Positions 1-12,588 of a stretch of 64,000 nt of DNA are shown piece by piece (the stretch's first letter is position 1; every line of letters starts with the position of its first letter). Location of the stretch: the IMG/VR virus record IMGVR_UViG_3300042259_000129; one strand, given 5' to 3'. The stretch is from a virus (lineage: Duplodnaviria; Heunggongvirae; Uroviricota; Caudoviricetes). A program made the translations under genes and the position numbers. Below the pieces are notes generated by a model. It was not told where the DNA came from and ran no database searches. It saw only the letters and a list, made by a program, of their open reading frames with translations.

Positions 1-2134
1 AATTATGAGAGATCCTTCAAATATCTGTGTCTAAAGTGGGTTCTTCTACATATGTAGAAGAATTTATTAAAACAAAAATTTGCTCGGGTTCATCCAAATA
101 CACTACTATATTATTTTCATCAACAATTTCAATTTCATCAGGAATTATAAGTTCATTAGTAGCATTATATACTTGGATATTAAATATAGATGAATTTAGA
201 TTATGATTTATAGCTAAAGATGATACCTCTCCTATAGAAGGAAAAACATTAATGTCATTTTTTTGAGTTATAACAGCGTATCCAGCAGTAGCCTCTCCAA
301 AATATACATTAGTTAAATAATTTTCAGGAACAGATATAATTTCACTTGGATATATTTTTTGAGAATTACTATCATAAAAAGAAATAAAAAAATTAGAACC
401 AAAAAAGTGATAGAATGTCCATAAGTTTGATGGTGTAGTTTGAAAATGCACCATAGTAAATTTAGTTTTTGCGACTTCTATATCAGTAGGTACTATAGAA
501 TAAGAATCCTCATCTATAACAGTGAATGTGTCCGGATTTTCAGCAAAATCGTCTTTGAAGAAATCAGAAATATAATATTTTGTATCGAATTCTTCAACAT
601 TTGTCTCAATAATTTTTCTAGCTGATGTTATAGATCTTTTAATAAAAGCAAATAAATTACCAATATAATTTAATTTAATTTTAATTCTATTAGAATCTAA
701 GATTGTAATAGCTTCGGGATTAATGAGGGAAAGTTCAAAACTATAACATTGAATAATTGGGGTATACGTATTTAAATTATGATTTATTATGTATTCATTA
801 GAAGAATTTATATTAAAATATTCTATATGAGTATCTGAAAAAGTAATATTTGTTGTAAAACTTTTTGAATTTAAAAATACTTCTTGACTTTTAGAATATA
901 GTGGAATATAATTAGTAGTTAAATCTGTTAAAGGAGATATAAAAATATTATAATCAGCAACTCGATTTAAGGGTCTAAAAAATTCTCAATATTCATATAC
1001 TTTATCTGCTAATGTCTTATTAAAAATCTCAGTTTTATGAATAGGTGCATTGGTTAGATCAATTTCAACCTTATATGCAGTAGATAAACATTTCGTATCT
1101 TGATTTACAGGATAATCAAAAGTGTTATATTTTTTAGTTCAAATATCATAATAAGAATTAGGTAATGGTTTGATAATATCATAGTATCCATACCAGGGAT
1201 GTTCTTCATATGATTCGTTAGGAATTTCCCCAATAATGGTCTTATCATGCCATTTTTCGTAAAAGTTGATTAAATTATTAGAGCCTTTAGTAAGCAATTT
1301 TCAAATAGATCTTAATGCGGTAAATGTTCCTTTTTTCTTTACAAGGTTAATAAGTTCAGCAACAAAGCTTCTTTTTGCTTGATCTTCAATATCTAAGTCA
1401 TCAACATTAATACCAAATACAGCAGACATTAATGCGAGATATTTATCGTCAATTTCATATGCATCATAAATACTTGGAATATTCTTTTCTAAACTATATA
1501 TTTCGTTAAATATATAATCAAAATTATAATATAAGAATTTAGTTAATTTATCTGTCCGTTGATGTTCAGGTATACAATTAATAATATAATCTGTTATTCC
1601 ATAATATTGAATGCTATACAAATCCTCTATATTAGATTTCTTGTAAATATTACCAAGGTAAATAAAGGGTTTATTTACATTAATATAATTTTCAATAATA
1701 AAATCTAGTGTTGTTTGGTCTTTAAAATAATCAGCTGCATTATTCGTAAGCCAAAGATAAAAAGGGCTATCCTTTCTAAAATAAAGTTGATCTCCTTCAA
1801 CCACTGATGTAGTACCAACTAGATCAAAAATTTTGAAATAATAATTTTCTCCAATAACTTCAGTAAAAGTTGTTGAAGGAACTGATGTTTGATCATTTTT
1901 AAAAATTGAAAATTCATTCCCATTGATCGAATCTATAGTTACCCAAATGGATCTATAACCAAAACTTTCATCCTTAACAAATAATTCCTGGACAGGAGCA
2001 CCCTTAGTTACTATTGAAGTCTTAGGGCCTATCAAAGATGTTGAGCTTGAAGGGGTCTGAGAATAGTACCCCTTCAAGATAGAAAAATATGTTGAAATTA
2101 GAAAATATGGTATATCTGAAAATTTACCTTGCAT
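1..2134 (-). CDS. Baseplate wedge protein, gp7-like by synteny (follows gp6). Partial: continues past the window start. Contains at least 4 in-frame TGA codons (at 17, 986, 1139, 1301).
   Basis: Frame-walk from 2134 down to position 2 finds no TAA/TAG in this frame, only TGA. Three fragmented ORFs in the track share this frame. It sits immediately downstream of the gp6-like gene. Confidence 0.5.
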
Positions 2135-2137
2135 AAT

Positions 2138-3946
2138 TTATCCTTCATTTAAATATTGACAAGCTTCATCTAATAAAATAGGAAATTGATTAAATCCAAG
2201 TTTAATAGGTCTTAAAAAGTTGTTATATGTAGAACTGAGTTCATCTATGGTATACTGAGGGAAATTCTTATCATAATTAGGTTCATAAATTACGGTCTGA
2301 ACTCCAGATAATGATGTTGTAAATGTGAAAATGTCTCTAATTACAAGATTTTCAATTCCTCTAACATTAGAAAACTTATCATCATCTGATACTTTAGATA
2401 TGTCTAAAATGTAATTGTGAATTTCCTTGAAGTCTATAATTTCATTGAAATTTCTATTAGCATCATCAAAATAATATTTTAGTTTGTTTTCAACATCTGT
2501 CTTAACATTGTTAAAATTATACATTCTTTTGACTTTGATTCCAATATCAAATCCGAAGTATACAAGATCTGGGATAACAAATGTTTCAAAGTTGTTTAAA
2601 TATCTTCTTGGTTCTAAATAAGATTTAAGAGTATTAACAAAATCGGTACTATATTCTTGAGGTAAATTAACCTCTGCAGTTAATCCTGGAGTAATAATCC
2701 AATCAATAGCAGATAATGAAATTGTACTAGTGTCCCAATGAGAAGGAATTAACGATAGATAAACTTTATTATATTCTCTAGTATCACCGGGATTAACCTC
2801 TTGTTCTCCCCATGCATTTGCTTTTACAACATCAGAATGAGTTTCTAGATGAGAAGTATAATCTGCACCAGTTACATTCCTATATTGTGATTCTAAAACA
2901 CCTAGTGTAGAATTAATAAGCTCTGTAATTGATTCAGGATTAGAAGCATTATAGGATTCAAATTCATTAGATATGCTAATAAGATCTTTTTCTACATTGT
3001 AATCCTTTGTAATATTTTTAATAAAATATGAATTGAAAGTATCAAAGGAATTTTCAACTAATATAGGAATTTCCTGAGTGTTTTCAAAATCACTAAAAGT
3101 AAATGCAGCAACAGAACCATCTTCACCCAATGTTTTAATAATAAAAATTCTAATTTGATCAGTTACAGCGGGAACATTATTAGCTGAAGAGAATCTAATA
3201 TTGTATTGACCAAACTTATTATAATCTAATCGGTAAATGTTATCATTTTCTTCAATATTAGAATAATCCTTAATGAAGTTATCAACTCTGGTTCATGGAG
3301 TTCCATTTACATATAGAACAATAGATGTATTGTCATCTGTGTATATACCATCATCAGAGATACCGTGATCAAAATTAAAGAAAGGAAGGAAAATTGTGTT
3401 ATTAATTACATCTTCCCCGGTATAGGAAAGTGTTTCAATACTGCCCTGAGTCAGTGTTAAATCAAATTCATATGATCCTACAGCAGACGGAGAAACTGTA
3501 ATAGTCGTGTCTTGAGTTGTTAAATAAACAATTTCTTCTCCTGTCGCATCATCTGTTAATCCAGTTGAAATTGGATATCAAGCAGGAATAAACAATTGAT
3601 CTCCAGGTTGAGGAATTCCTTCAACTCATGGATCTACAGTCACTTCAACTGTTAAATTAACTTTTGCTGAAGAATATCCTTTAGGGTAATATCCTCTAAG
3701 GTTTGCCATCATTGAAGCAGTTTCATAAACCTCAGTAGATTCTATGAACATATTTTTAGCAAGCTTATTTAGATAGTATACATTCATTTCAGAAAGATAT
3801 GAAAGTAACTCAATAAGCATTGTAATATTGGCACCTTCAAAATTATAATCTTTAAAAGTTTCTGAATTTTGAAGAATAGAAATAAGCTTTTGTTTTAATG
3901 TTAGAAAATCTGCTTCTAAATATGTGGGGGTAAGATCTATTGTCAT
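2138..3946 (-). CDS. gp6: Baseplate wedge protein gp6-like (Baseplate_J family). About 600 aa with several in-frame TGA.
   Basis: N-terminus MTIDLTPTYLEADFLTLKQKLISILQNSETFKDYNFEG...ANLRGYYP resembles the T4 gp6 N-terminus. ORFs 3626..3946 and 2138..3130 are in one frame, joined only by TGA codons. Confidence 0.7.
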
Positions 3947-3954
3947 GATTCTTC

Positions 3955-4329
3955 CTATAATTTATAAAGAATATTTGTATATTCTTGGATATTTAAGAAA
4001 TTTTTAATTTTATACTGCAAAGTTATATCATATGAATTATGATCATAATTAGGAGCAATTAGAAGATCTGTTATTTCGATTCTAGAGTCCCATGCAGTAA
4101 TAGATGAAAAAAGCTCATTACCTATTTCTAGTGCAGTAATTTCATCTAATGGTTCAAATAAATAATTATATATATTTATAGCAAAAAGAGGCATCATTCT
4201 TCTGGATCCTCTCATTGTTCTAAAAATATTATCCAGAGAATTTCTTACTGCATCTTCATTTGTCATATCATTTATATCACCATTATTTTTCTTATCTAAT
4301 GTGATATCTATATCTTTTCAAATTGCCAT
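3955..4329 (-). CDS. gp25: Baseplate wedge protein gp25-like (GPW/gp25 family).
   Basis: The motif TMRGSRRMMPLFAINIYNYLFEP...ITAWDSRIEI matches the T4 gp25 core (RKGSRPFDPEFG...LFE...VERNIESAVRNYEPRI). One TGA near the N-terminus. Confidence 0.75.
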
Positions 4330-4335
4330 AATTAC

Positions 4336-5037
4336 CTACCATTTAGAAATATCATAATATTTACTTACAGTCTTTAAAGACTGCTCAATAGTTTGTTTAC
4401 TTTCAGCAGCTAAAGAATCTGCAGCAGAATCTAAATCAAGAACATTTTGTTTTAAAACAGAATCAAAATCTGGAATATTATCTAATAGTTTTGAAATATC
4501 AAACATTCCAGTATCTCCTAGTCCATTTGTTTCCAAGGTCCCTGTAATAGAAGTTAAAATAGTTTCTATTTTATCAGTTGGGATACAATCATTATTATCT
4601 GCTAAACATCCTAAAGTTTTATCAATTTTCTCAAGAAGTTTAGGAATCCCTAGCCCATCAACCAAAGATTTAACATTACCTAAATTTTGCATTAAAGTGC
4701 TGACATTTGCTATCCCGTCTATTGACCCAAAAATATTTGAAGAATAAGAGGAAGCATCATTTAATACACCAAATGCAGAGCTCATTACAGAATCTAAACA
4801 AGAACCAGTCAAACTTGTTGCTGAATTTAAAACATTACCCAATTCAGAAGAAGATGTGTTTCTTGCACTATTAATCTTACTTTCTAAATCTGTAATACCA
4901 ACCTGGGTTTTCATAGTATCTAAAGTTTCATTTAAAGTATACACAGCAGTGTTTATTTTACCTGTAGATGTATTAAATTCTGACATTAAAGTATCTATTT
5001 TTGAATTTAATGATTCGCATGGAGATAATGTTGCCAT
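4336..5037 (-). CDS. Hypothetical virion protein, Ser/Thr/Asn-rich, lying between gp5 and gp25.
   Basis: Intact 233-aa ORF ending in a TAG stop. Function unknown. Confidence 0.55.
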   Translation of the reverse strand: MATLSPCESLNSKIDTLMSEFNTSTGKINTAVYTLNETLDTMKTQVGITDLESKINSARNTSSSELGNVLNSATSLTGSCLDSVMSSAFGVLNDASSYSSNIFGSIDGIANVSTLMQNLGNVKSLVDGLGIPKLLEKIDKTLGCLADNNDCIPTDKIETILTSITGTLETNGLGDTGMFDISKLLDNIPDFDSVLKQNVLDLDSAADSLAAESKQTIEQSLKTVSKYYDISKW

Positions 5038-5047
5038 ATATAATTCC

Positions 5048-6793
5048 TTAATTTAGATTAATAGTTTCAGCAGTTATATTACAGGTTCCTTTAACTTCGA
5101 TATCATAATTACCACCAATAACAATTTTCTTATTAGAACCGACTTGATCATATTGATTTGCTTTAACATATGAAGTTTTATTATTGTTAATAGTTTCGTT
5201 TTTATCTCGCTCAACTAATGAATAACTATTTTGTTCTGTTATTTCATATTTATTACCAGAGTTTCTAATAACCATATTACCTTCATAATCTATTTCTACA
5301 TAGGTATTGGAGGGATGAAAAATATGAAGTCTTTGTTTATTTGGTGTACTATCAATCTCAATAACAATCCCTGAGTGAGTTGCAATTACAGTGTTATGTG
5401 GATACTCTGGTGCATATGCTGGAGAAGGTTCATTTCAAGTTCCCTTGTTTTGAGCAAGCTCTATTCCAGTTTTTACATTTTCCTTTTTAATATCGAGAAT
5501 TGTATCAGACCCGTTTTCCCTAAAAAGTCTATGAGCAGAAGGTTCATTTAATCTTCTTACTGTAGGGTATTCTGCATTAGGATCTGTAAATCCAACATCT
5601 TCTTGTGAAGGGGGTTCATATCCTTCTTGAAATGATTTTTTAAAATCTGAATCAGATAAAGCAATATCTTTTTCAAAATCTTCAGCCGTTGCAGTAGCAA
5701 GCTCTTCTGGCATTTCTTCTTCAGCAGGGGGATTCGTAACATTAGCTTTTGCTAGTGCCATTCTATGTTCTGCTTGATATCTTTGAGTTACACTATTCTT
5801 TACTGCGGGACTTGAACTTTTAAAATACTTGTCTACATTTGATCTTTCACTATAACATCTATTAATAATTTCTTCATCTGACATATCATTTGTTACGCCA
5901 GCATTTTTCATTATTCTTTCTGCTCCAGCAGGTCCATGTTGAACACTCATAGACCAAATCATATCTTGTACACCAGCACTTCTTTCATTTGCATTAATTG
6001 AAGTTGACTGATTTATTTTATTAGCTGCAGTATCATAATAATTAGCTTTTACATATGCTTTTTCATAATTATGGAAATTATCTGCTCCTATTTGGTTTAC
6101 AGATTGTCTCCATGCTTCTGAATATTCAGGGGTACCTGGTGTTAATCCTTCAAAATTTGCTTGTACTTCAGGAGGTAACGTTGCTACGAAAGGTTCTACA
6201 GTTCCTCTATTAGATGCAAACTGATATGATCCATAAGAAACACCACCAGGATCACCTTGGCCACTTGAAACAGCATAAGGACCAGCAGATCCGGATTCTC
6301 ATCTTTTACTCAAAGATCCGAGTTCACTACTATTTTGGAATTCAATATCATCAGGATTATTTTGAACTCTATCATAGATCTTTTTTGAATTTTCCCGCAT
6401 TCGTGTTTTGTAATCTACAGAACCTTCTTTAGCATCAGAATCGAACTGTGGGCTTGTTGGCACACCAGGAATTGAAGCAAAAAATCTTGGTTTAAAAATA
6501 TGACCATTTTCAAAAAATAGAAATACTTGACTTCCTTGAACAGGAACACACCAAGACCCAAATCCAGATACACCGCCCTCCATTAATGAATATGCTGGTT
6601 CTGCTCATGGAAGTTCATCTGTAGGAATGCCTTCAAATTGAGTTTTTACTTTTACATCAGTATGAATACCAAAAATTCTAATTCGACATCTTCCCCGTTT
6701 TTCTGGGTCATTGTTATCCTCGATGACCCCTCTCCAAATTCCAGAAATCTTTTCTGAACTTGGTTGAAATTCCATTGGATCATTTCTAATCAT
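5048..6793 (-). CDS. gp5: Baseplate hub and cell-puncturing device gp5-like. N-terminal OB fold, a central putative cell-wall hydrolase domain that is not T4-lysozyme-like, and a C-terminal beta-helix needle. Three in-frame TGA.
   Basis: The N-terminus DNNDPEKRGRCRIRIFGIHT...GIPTDELP[TGA] aligns with T4 gp5 DPKRLGRVRVRVVGLHP...GIPTEKLPW. The C-terminus has VxGxxxV-type repeats typical of the needle. Confidence 0.85.
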
Positions 6794-6801
6794 AGTAACT
6801 C

Positions 6802-8031
6802 CTAATTTGAAACATTTTTATTAACAGCATCTAAAAGCTCTTTGACATCACTTTCTTCGTATCCATTTTTAATACACACCATCTTTTGGGTGAATGCAGG
6901 TCTACTATGTGGAACAAAATGATGTGTTATACTTTTAATAAGATATTTACCTTGTAAATTTTTATTATATATTTCATCGGCCCAAATACTAGGCCAGTTT
7001 ACTTCAATGATTTCTCCGCATTTTCTTTTTTCATGACCTTTAACAGTAAAAGATATACATTGTTGTGTACTATATTTTTTTATCCAAAAATCATTAAAAA
7101 TATTATCTACAATCTTTTGATCGTTCTCGTTTGTATGTAGATGAAAAGAATTTACATTAGATATATCATTAAATAGAGATTTATTTCCTAATATAGTATG
7201 ATTTTTTAAAATATCTCTATATAGATATTCCTTTTTAATGAATAACTTTTTAGAATCATTAAATCCAAATCTTGTGCCGCCTGAAAGAAATCTTAATGCA
7301 GAATTATCAATTCCCATCATAGACCAGTTTAGAATTTTATTATAAAGGAAAAGATTAGGATCTTCAAATGTATATATTCCATCGTCTTCAGAACTTATCT
7401 TCATTAGCTTGGTTTGCTCCAGAAGTGTATTCAGAGTGATCAAATTAGTTCCACTAGTATTATTATAAAAACAATATCCGGTTTTACCAGAGGTGACCCC
7501 TGAAGCCCGTTTCATTAACCATTTAATACAGGTACCTAGGTTTCAGTATGGAGAGTAAAACCCTTCAATATATTCATTCGATTTTTCAAACTTGTCTCAT
7601 GTAGTTACACCCAACATTTTTTCACCAATGTCCTTTACAACATCGGTAATTCTCATTGGTCCCCATGATTTTGAAAATTGAAGAAAATGAACGGGAAAAA
7701 ACATCTTATCAGTAAAGAATAATTCAATAACATTTTTTCCAGTAGGGTCAACATTTTCAAGTTTATCAACTTTAGATATACTATAGATTCTAAATTCTTT
7801 GTCTATTGTTTCTTCTTCACCGTATGAAAGAGCCAATGTTTCATTACCAGTAAGAGGAGCAAATTCAACTAATCCTCTATTATCCTTCATAATAAGCTTA
7901 CCAGTCATAGACATAGAGAATATATCTTCAATAAAATAAAATTGAATTATATCTGAAGAATCTATAGTTACTAAACCCCTTGCAGTATTAATAACTAATG
8001 TAAATGTTCTGACATCTTCTTGTGAATTCAT
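6802..8031 (-). CDS. Baseplate hub subunit, gp27-like. About 410 aa with 2 in-frame TGA.
   Basis: Immediately upstream of gp5 with an AGGAG ribosome-binding site. Weak N-terminal pattern similarity to T4 gp27. ORFs 7597..8031 and 6802..7515 share one frame and are joined only by TGA. Confidence 0.45.
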
Positions 8032-8402
8032 TATGCATTTCCTATATTTCTAATCTCTTTTAGAATATTATATATATAAGAATTTTTTAAAATACGGATA
8101 ACCTTACCAGGGTATAGCTCTTCAAATGGATTTGTAATATTATTAACAATGCAAATTACCCATCATAGTTGTGGGGTATTATAAAATTTATAACTTATAT
8201 TATCTAATCAATCATTATTATCTATCTCGTATAATTCATAAAAGGAATTATCATTTAAAGAAGATAAATTTGTTATGTATGTTCTAAATATATTAAGATA
8301 ATATGTGTTATTTGAGATATCATCTAAAATAGTAAAAAGTTTTAACTGTGATGAATTAGATAAATTTTGTTTAGTATATTCATTATATTGGGAAAGATCC
8401 AT
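8028..8402 (-). CDS. Hypothetical protein, about 125 aa, with 1 TGA.
   Basis: GAGG ribosome-binding site. Ends with TAA overlapping the next start (TAATG). Confidence 0.5.
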
Positions 8403-8405
8403 GAT

Positions 8406-9179
8406 TTACCTCGAAGTCCTTATAATTCCACCCTGACTAAAAGTAGACCTATACAAAGGTTCAATATCTCTAAAAATAATAGTCAAATCACATAAACTAT
8501 AATAATTATTAATGATTGGACCCTTTCATAATGGAGCAATGTTGATAATTGCTGCATTTTTAACATTTATAATTTCTGATCCTACTGTATATACTTGAAA
8601 TATATAGGGGAAATTAATTAAAATAGTATCATCAGCCATTTCAGGGCATGTTAATTTTTCAAGTTCTCTAATAGGTTTTACTAAATTATTATATGGGTCT
8701 CCAGTCATATCCATCATAGGGATAGTTAAAGAATATTCCAAACGAGTAGAATCCTTATAAACCATAGCTGTATCTACTCTATAAGAGGGAACATCTACTT
8801 TAGCAGATTCTTGAACAGCTGATGATACTACTCTTTTGATAGTTTCTGTTGATGCAAAACTCTGACCTTCGTTAGGTTTTAGGCCCCCATATCCACCACC
8901 AACCGCATTTTTAACGCCCTGAAAATCTGTAAGTGCTGTGTGAATTTCTCCTACTTTAGAAGAAAGTCTACTTGCAAGACTTTCATACGTTTCCCAGCTA
9001 TGGGATACGTTTTCCTGTAGTTCTTCTGGTGCACAAAAAGTTCATGTATTTCTATCAGATTCATCAACATTGAGCTGATTTGCTCCACGTGCATATGCGC
9101 GTTGTGAAGTCAATTTTTTAGATACAAATTTTATTTTTACTAGATTTGTAAATGGTACTGGGACTAAATCATATTCCAT
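8406..9179 (-). CDS. Hypothetical tail or baseplate protein, about 257 aa, with 2 TGA.
   Basis: A continuous frame from ATG 9179 to TAA 8406. The start overlaps the upstream stop (TAATG). Confidence 0.5.
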
Positions 9180-10828
9180 TATAACATTCCTCCCAGAGTT
9201 GTTTTATTTAAAAATATCATACCAAAGTTTTCAATTTCATCAGGAGCTTCAATAAAAGTTCCAGATCCTGAACCACCTCTTGAATTTTGTATTGATGAAA
9301 CATTTACTTGTTGGTTAACAGGTTTTTCTTTTTGAGATTCCTGTTCTCGTTTTCTTGCTTCCTGTTTTGCTCTTTCTTCCATTCTTGAAAGAGACTTAAG
9401 CATTTCAACATCTCTTGCTAATTCTCTAGCTTTATTAGAAGAATCAAGTTCATTAACTGTATTAGAAGGAGATTCTACATCTTTAGAAAATAAACCAGAT
9501 GCTCAATCTTTTGTGTCATTCCAAAGAGACTTAGCTCCTTCTACTGCTTTATCTTTTGTTCCGGTAATACCTTCTTTAATTGAACTAAAAGAGGGCAACA
9601 TTTCTTTAAGTGAATCAAATGAAGGGATTAATGACAAAATTCAATTCTTAATTGATGTAATAAGATTGTCAGCCATCTCTTTAATTGCTTCTCATGTCTC
9701 CAGAAATTTTTCTTTTACTGGGTAGTTCAATACCCAATCTTTAATTTCTAATAGAGAATTTCAAACATTAGATAGAATATTAGGTAAATGAACTGTAAAG
9801 ATATTAAAGAAACTGTCAATAAAACCTTTGAATGCAGTTTTTAGGGTGTTTGCTGTATCTCCCTCTATACCAAATAAACTTAGTACCCAATCTGAAATCC
9901 AACCAACAAATTCAAAGATAGGATCAAAAAATCCTGTCACCATGTTAGTAATACCGGCTTGCATCTTCTCAAAGAAGGAGCCCTCTTTTCCAAAAAAACC
10001 TTCAAAGAAATCAATTACAGCCATTACCCCAGTAATAAACCAACCAATGACTGGGATCTTTGAAAAAAGTTTCATAAACCCAACACCAAATCCCTTAAAG
10101 AACCCAGCAAAGATTCTAAATTTACCAAAAAAATTTGAAATTGCTAAAAGGGCATTATCTACTCAGCCTCCGAAAAAAGCTCTAATTTTACCAAAAAAAT
10201 TGGTAAATACTTCTACTATTGGAGACATCTTTAAAAAAGTTAATACGCTTCTGATTCCGGCATATACTACTTTAAAAGGAATTAGAAAATATTCTATGAC
10301 ACCACCAATTCCTGCAGCAATACCCCCAGTGATTGCACCAAGAGCCAAACCAAGAACAACTAGCGGTGTAAAGAATCCGTCATCTTTATCCTTCTTTTCT
10401 TTTGGCTTGAACATGTCTCTTTTGTTTCAATCTTTGAAAATTTTAAAAATATTACCCAGAGTTTTTGTTTGCTTCTTTTCCTGATCTAATTGATCTTCTT
10501 CAACATCAGAACCAAAGAAAGAAAATAATTTTGAAAAAGTACCAACAGCAATATCCTTGACTCCAGATGCCAATGACTTAATATCATTCAACATAGAATT
10601 CAATGCTGAACCCATGATCTCAGTAGTACTAGATTGAATTGTACTAGATACTTTAGAAAAACCATTTCTAAGTTCATCGGGTACATCTGTTATTCGATCA
10701 TATGCATTTCGAGAAGCATTTGAAACTGCTTCACCAATGCCCTGAACAAATTTCTTAAAGCTGAATGGAATTCTAGTTGAATCTTGTAAGTCTCGTCTTA
10801 CGTTATCTCTTAATGTATCATTTGCCAT
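9179..10828 (-). CDS. Tail tape-measure or hub protein, gp29-like. Gly/Phe-rich with repeated hydrophobic segments. About 550 aa with at least 5 TGA.
   Basis: Four ORF fragments (10427..10828, 10163..10414, 9761..10075, 9179..9403) share one frame and are separated only by TGA. Repeated FFGKxxxFxxGF motifs. Confidence 0.5.
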
Positions 10829-11106
10829 ATTATCTCCAAAATAAAAAAGGATCTAAAAAATGTTAGAAACACTCTTTAGATCCTTATAGAATCCTTTGGA
10901 ATTATTCCAAGTGAGCTAAAATTATTTATTCATTTTTAACAATTCGTTTTCTTTTTTCTTATCTCTAATCAACAATGAAAGATATGCAGATCTTTCAAAA
11001 TCAACTAGTTCGCCAGATTCCATAACACTTATATTAACATATTTAGCTAATTGGTATTGTTCTTCAATTATAGAATTTAAAGTGCAATCCAATGTGAACA
11101 ATTTAA

Positions 11107-11841
11107 TTATTGAAAAAAATTATTAAGTGGTAGTGAATGTTCATCAACATTGGAACAATATTGACATTTTGTTCTAATGACTAGATCGATTCCAAAATCA
11201 TTTTCATCAAACCAGTTTTTAAGAGTATCATAATCTACACCAGGTAGATCGCCAACAAACATCATTTTGTCCTTTACAGGAATATTTTCATCAATACCAG
11301 AAGGAGATTCAATAGAAACAATGGATTGAGCCAAATTAGCAATAATCATCTCTACTTGTTTTTCAGAAACTGATAGAGATGGATCAATGACATCGTATCC
11401 TTCTTCTTGAAGTTTTCTTGTGGGAAATTCAAGATTTAAGACTAGTGCTCCACCCATAACTTCAATTTGTTTATTAATATCCTCTTTTACAGTTTTGATC
11501 TTTAAGTCGTTAAGATCAATCTTCTGGATATTGGGGGATTTACATTTCTCACATGTATGAGAATATGTGTGTACAGATCCCTTTGTTAGTTTTCTAATCT
11601 CAATAAAAAGGAAATATCTATCCTGGAGAACAAGCTCTTTTACATCCTTATTAACTACGGAAAAATTTAGAATTTCATCTAAAATCTTTTCTCCAAAAAT
11701 TGGATCGGATTCATTCTCATAAACCAAAAGTTTCTTCATTTGGTTTGTGGTAATAGGTTTAATTTTAATTTTTTCCCCTGAAGAAGGGAGATCCACAATT
11801 TTTTCATATACATCTAAATGCTTTTGAAAATTATAACTCAC
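11107..11841 (-). CDS. Hypothetical zinc-binding protein next to the tail tube gene.
   Basis: Intact 244-aa ORF with CxxC...CxxC motifs (HTCEKCKSP...CQYCSN). Follows gp19. Confidence 0.55.
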   Translation of the reverse strand: MSYNFQKHLDVYEKIVDLPSSGEKIKIKPITTNQMKKLLVYENESDPIFGEKILDEILNFSVVNKDVKELVLQDRYFLFIEIRKLTKGSVHTYSHTCEKCKSPNIQKIDLNDLKIKTVKEDINKQIEVMGGALVLNLEFPTRKLQEEGYDVIDPSLSVSEKQVEMIIANLAQSIVSIESPSGIDENIPVKDKMMFVGDLPGVDYDTLKNWFDENDFGIDLVIRTKCQYCSNVDEHSLPLNNFFQ

Positions 11842-11854
11842 AAAATCTCCTTAA

Positions 11855-12370
11855 TTAACCGATTGTTTCATGTCTAATGTACTTAAATGTGCAATCGAAC
11901 GTTACAATATCACGCGCGCTGTAATCTAAAGTTAATTCCCCAATTGTAGTAGGCCAAGCACCAATTAGTTTCATTTTATGAACTGGGTTGCCTGAAGTAT
12001 CAAGCTGCCAAACTTCCTGATCTACCATATAAGTAGCAGGAGCAGCATGAATATTTGTACGTGGATTGTGAATAGCTTCATGCCATCTTAGAAAATCTTT
12101 ACGCACTTGAGCTTTTGCGTCACATTTGAAAGTTACTGTCCAGTCTTCGAAAGTATGGGTTGCAGCAAGGGGCATAATGTTTCCCTGCCAATGAGTTTCA
12201 ATAGGATCAATAGTAGATCCAGGCATACTTGACGCATTAACTAGATATTTTGTAGCTTCTGTTCCTAGAGTGCCAAACGGGTTATTCAAATGAATAACAA
12301 AAGTATATTGGCGTGCCAAATCAGCATAGTTGCTTCTAAAAGCATCAATGTCAAAACCATTAATTGTCAT
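11855..12370 (-). CDS. gp19: Tail tube protein gp19-like.
   Basis: FEDWTVTFKCDAKAQ and LIGAWPTTIGELTLDYSARDIVTF match the T4 gp19 motifs (FDDWTVTV / KGLWPTNVGELQLDWDS). Confidence 0.85.
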   Translation of the reverse strand: MTINGFDIDAFRSNYADLARQYTFVIHLNNPFGTLGTEATKYLVNASSMPGSTIDPIETHWQGNIMPLAATHTFEDWTVTFKCDAKAQVRKDFLRWHEAIHNPRTNIHAAPATYMVDQEVWQLDTSGNPVHKMKLIGAWPTTIGELTLDYSARDIVTFDCTFKYIRHETIG

Positions 12371-12405
12371 TTTAAATAGGTCTCCTTGAAAATAGTTTCA
12401 TATAA

Positions 12406-12588
12406 TTATTTATATAAACTATCTCGTTCCTCTGGAAATAATCCATCTTCATCTAAAACTTTAGAACATTCTGAGCAACAGTATTCCCCAAAACCCATTA
12501 AGGTAACTGGTCCATGTGTTTCATATTTATCACTTACACCATTTGAAGTAATTTGTCTTGCACAAACACAACAATATTTTTTACTCAT
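12406..12588 (-). CDS. Small zinc-ribbon protein.
   Basis: CCVCARQ...CCSEC motifs in a 60-aa ORF. Confidence 0.45.
   Translation of the reverse strand: MSKKYCCVCARQITSNGVSDKYETHGPVTLMGFGEYCCSECSKVLDEDGLFPEERDSLYK

Noticed and set aside
9828-10484. 218-aa plus-strand ORF (Pro/Lys-rich) listed in the track.
   Set aside because: It is antisense to the Gly/Phe-rich tape-measure-like gene. Low-complexity compositional mirror image, with no ribosome-binding site.
10927-11025. Possible 33-aa minus-strand mini-ORF (MESGELVDFERSAYLSLLIRDKKKENELLKMNK) in the 280-bp gap before the tape-measure gene.
   Set aside because: Too short, with no clear ribosome-binding site. The gap may instead hold a promoter or regulatory region.
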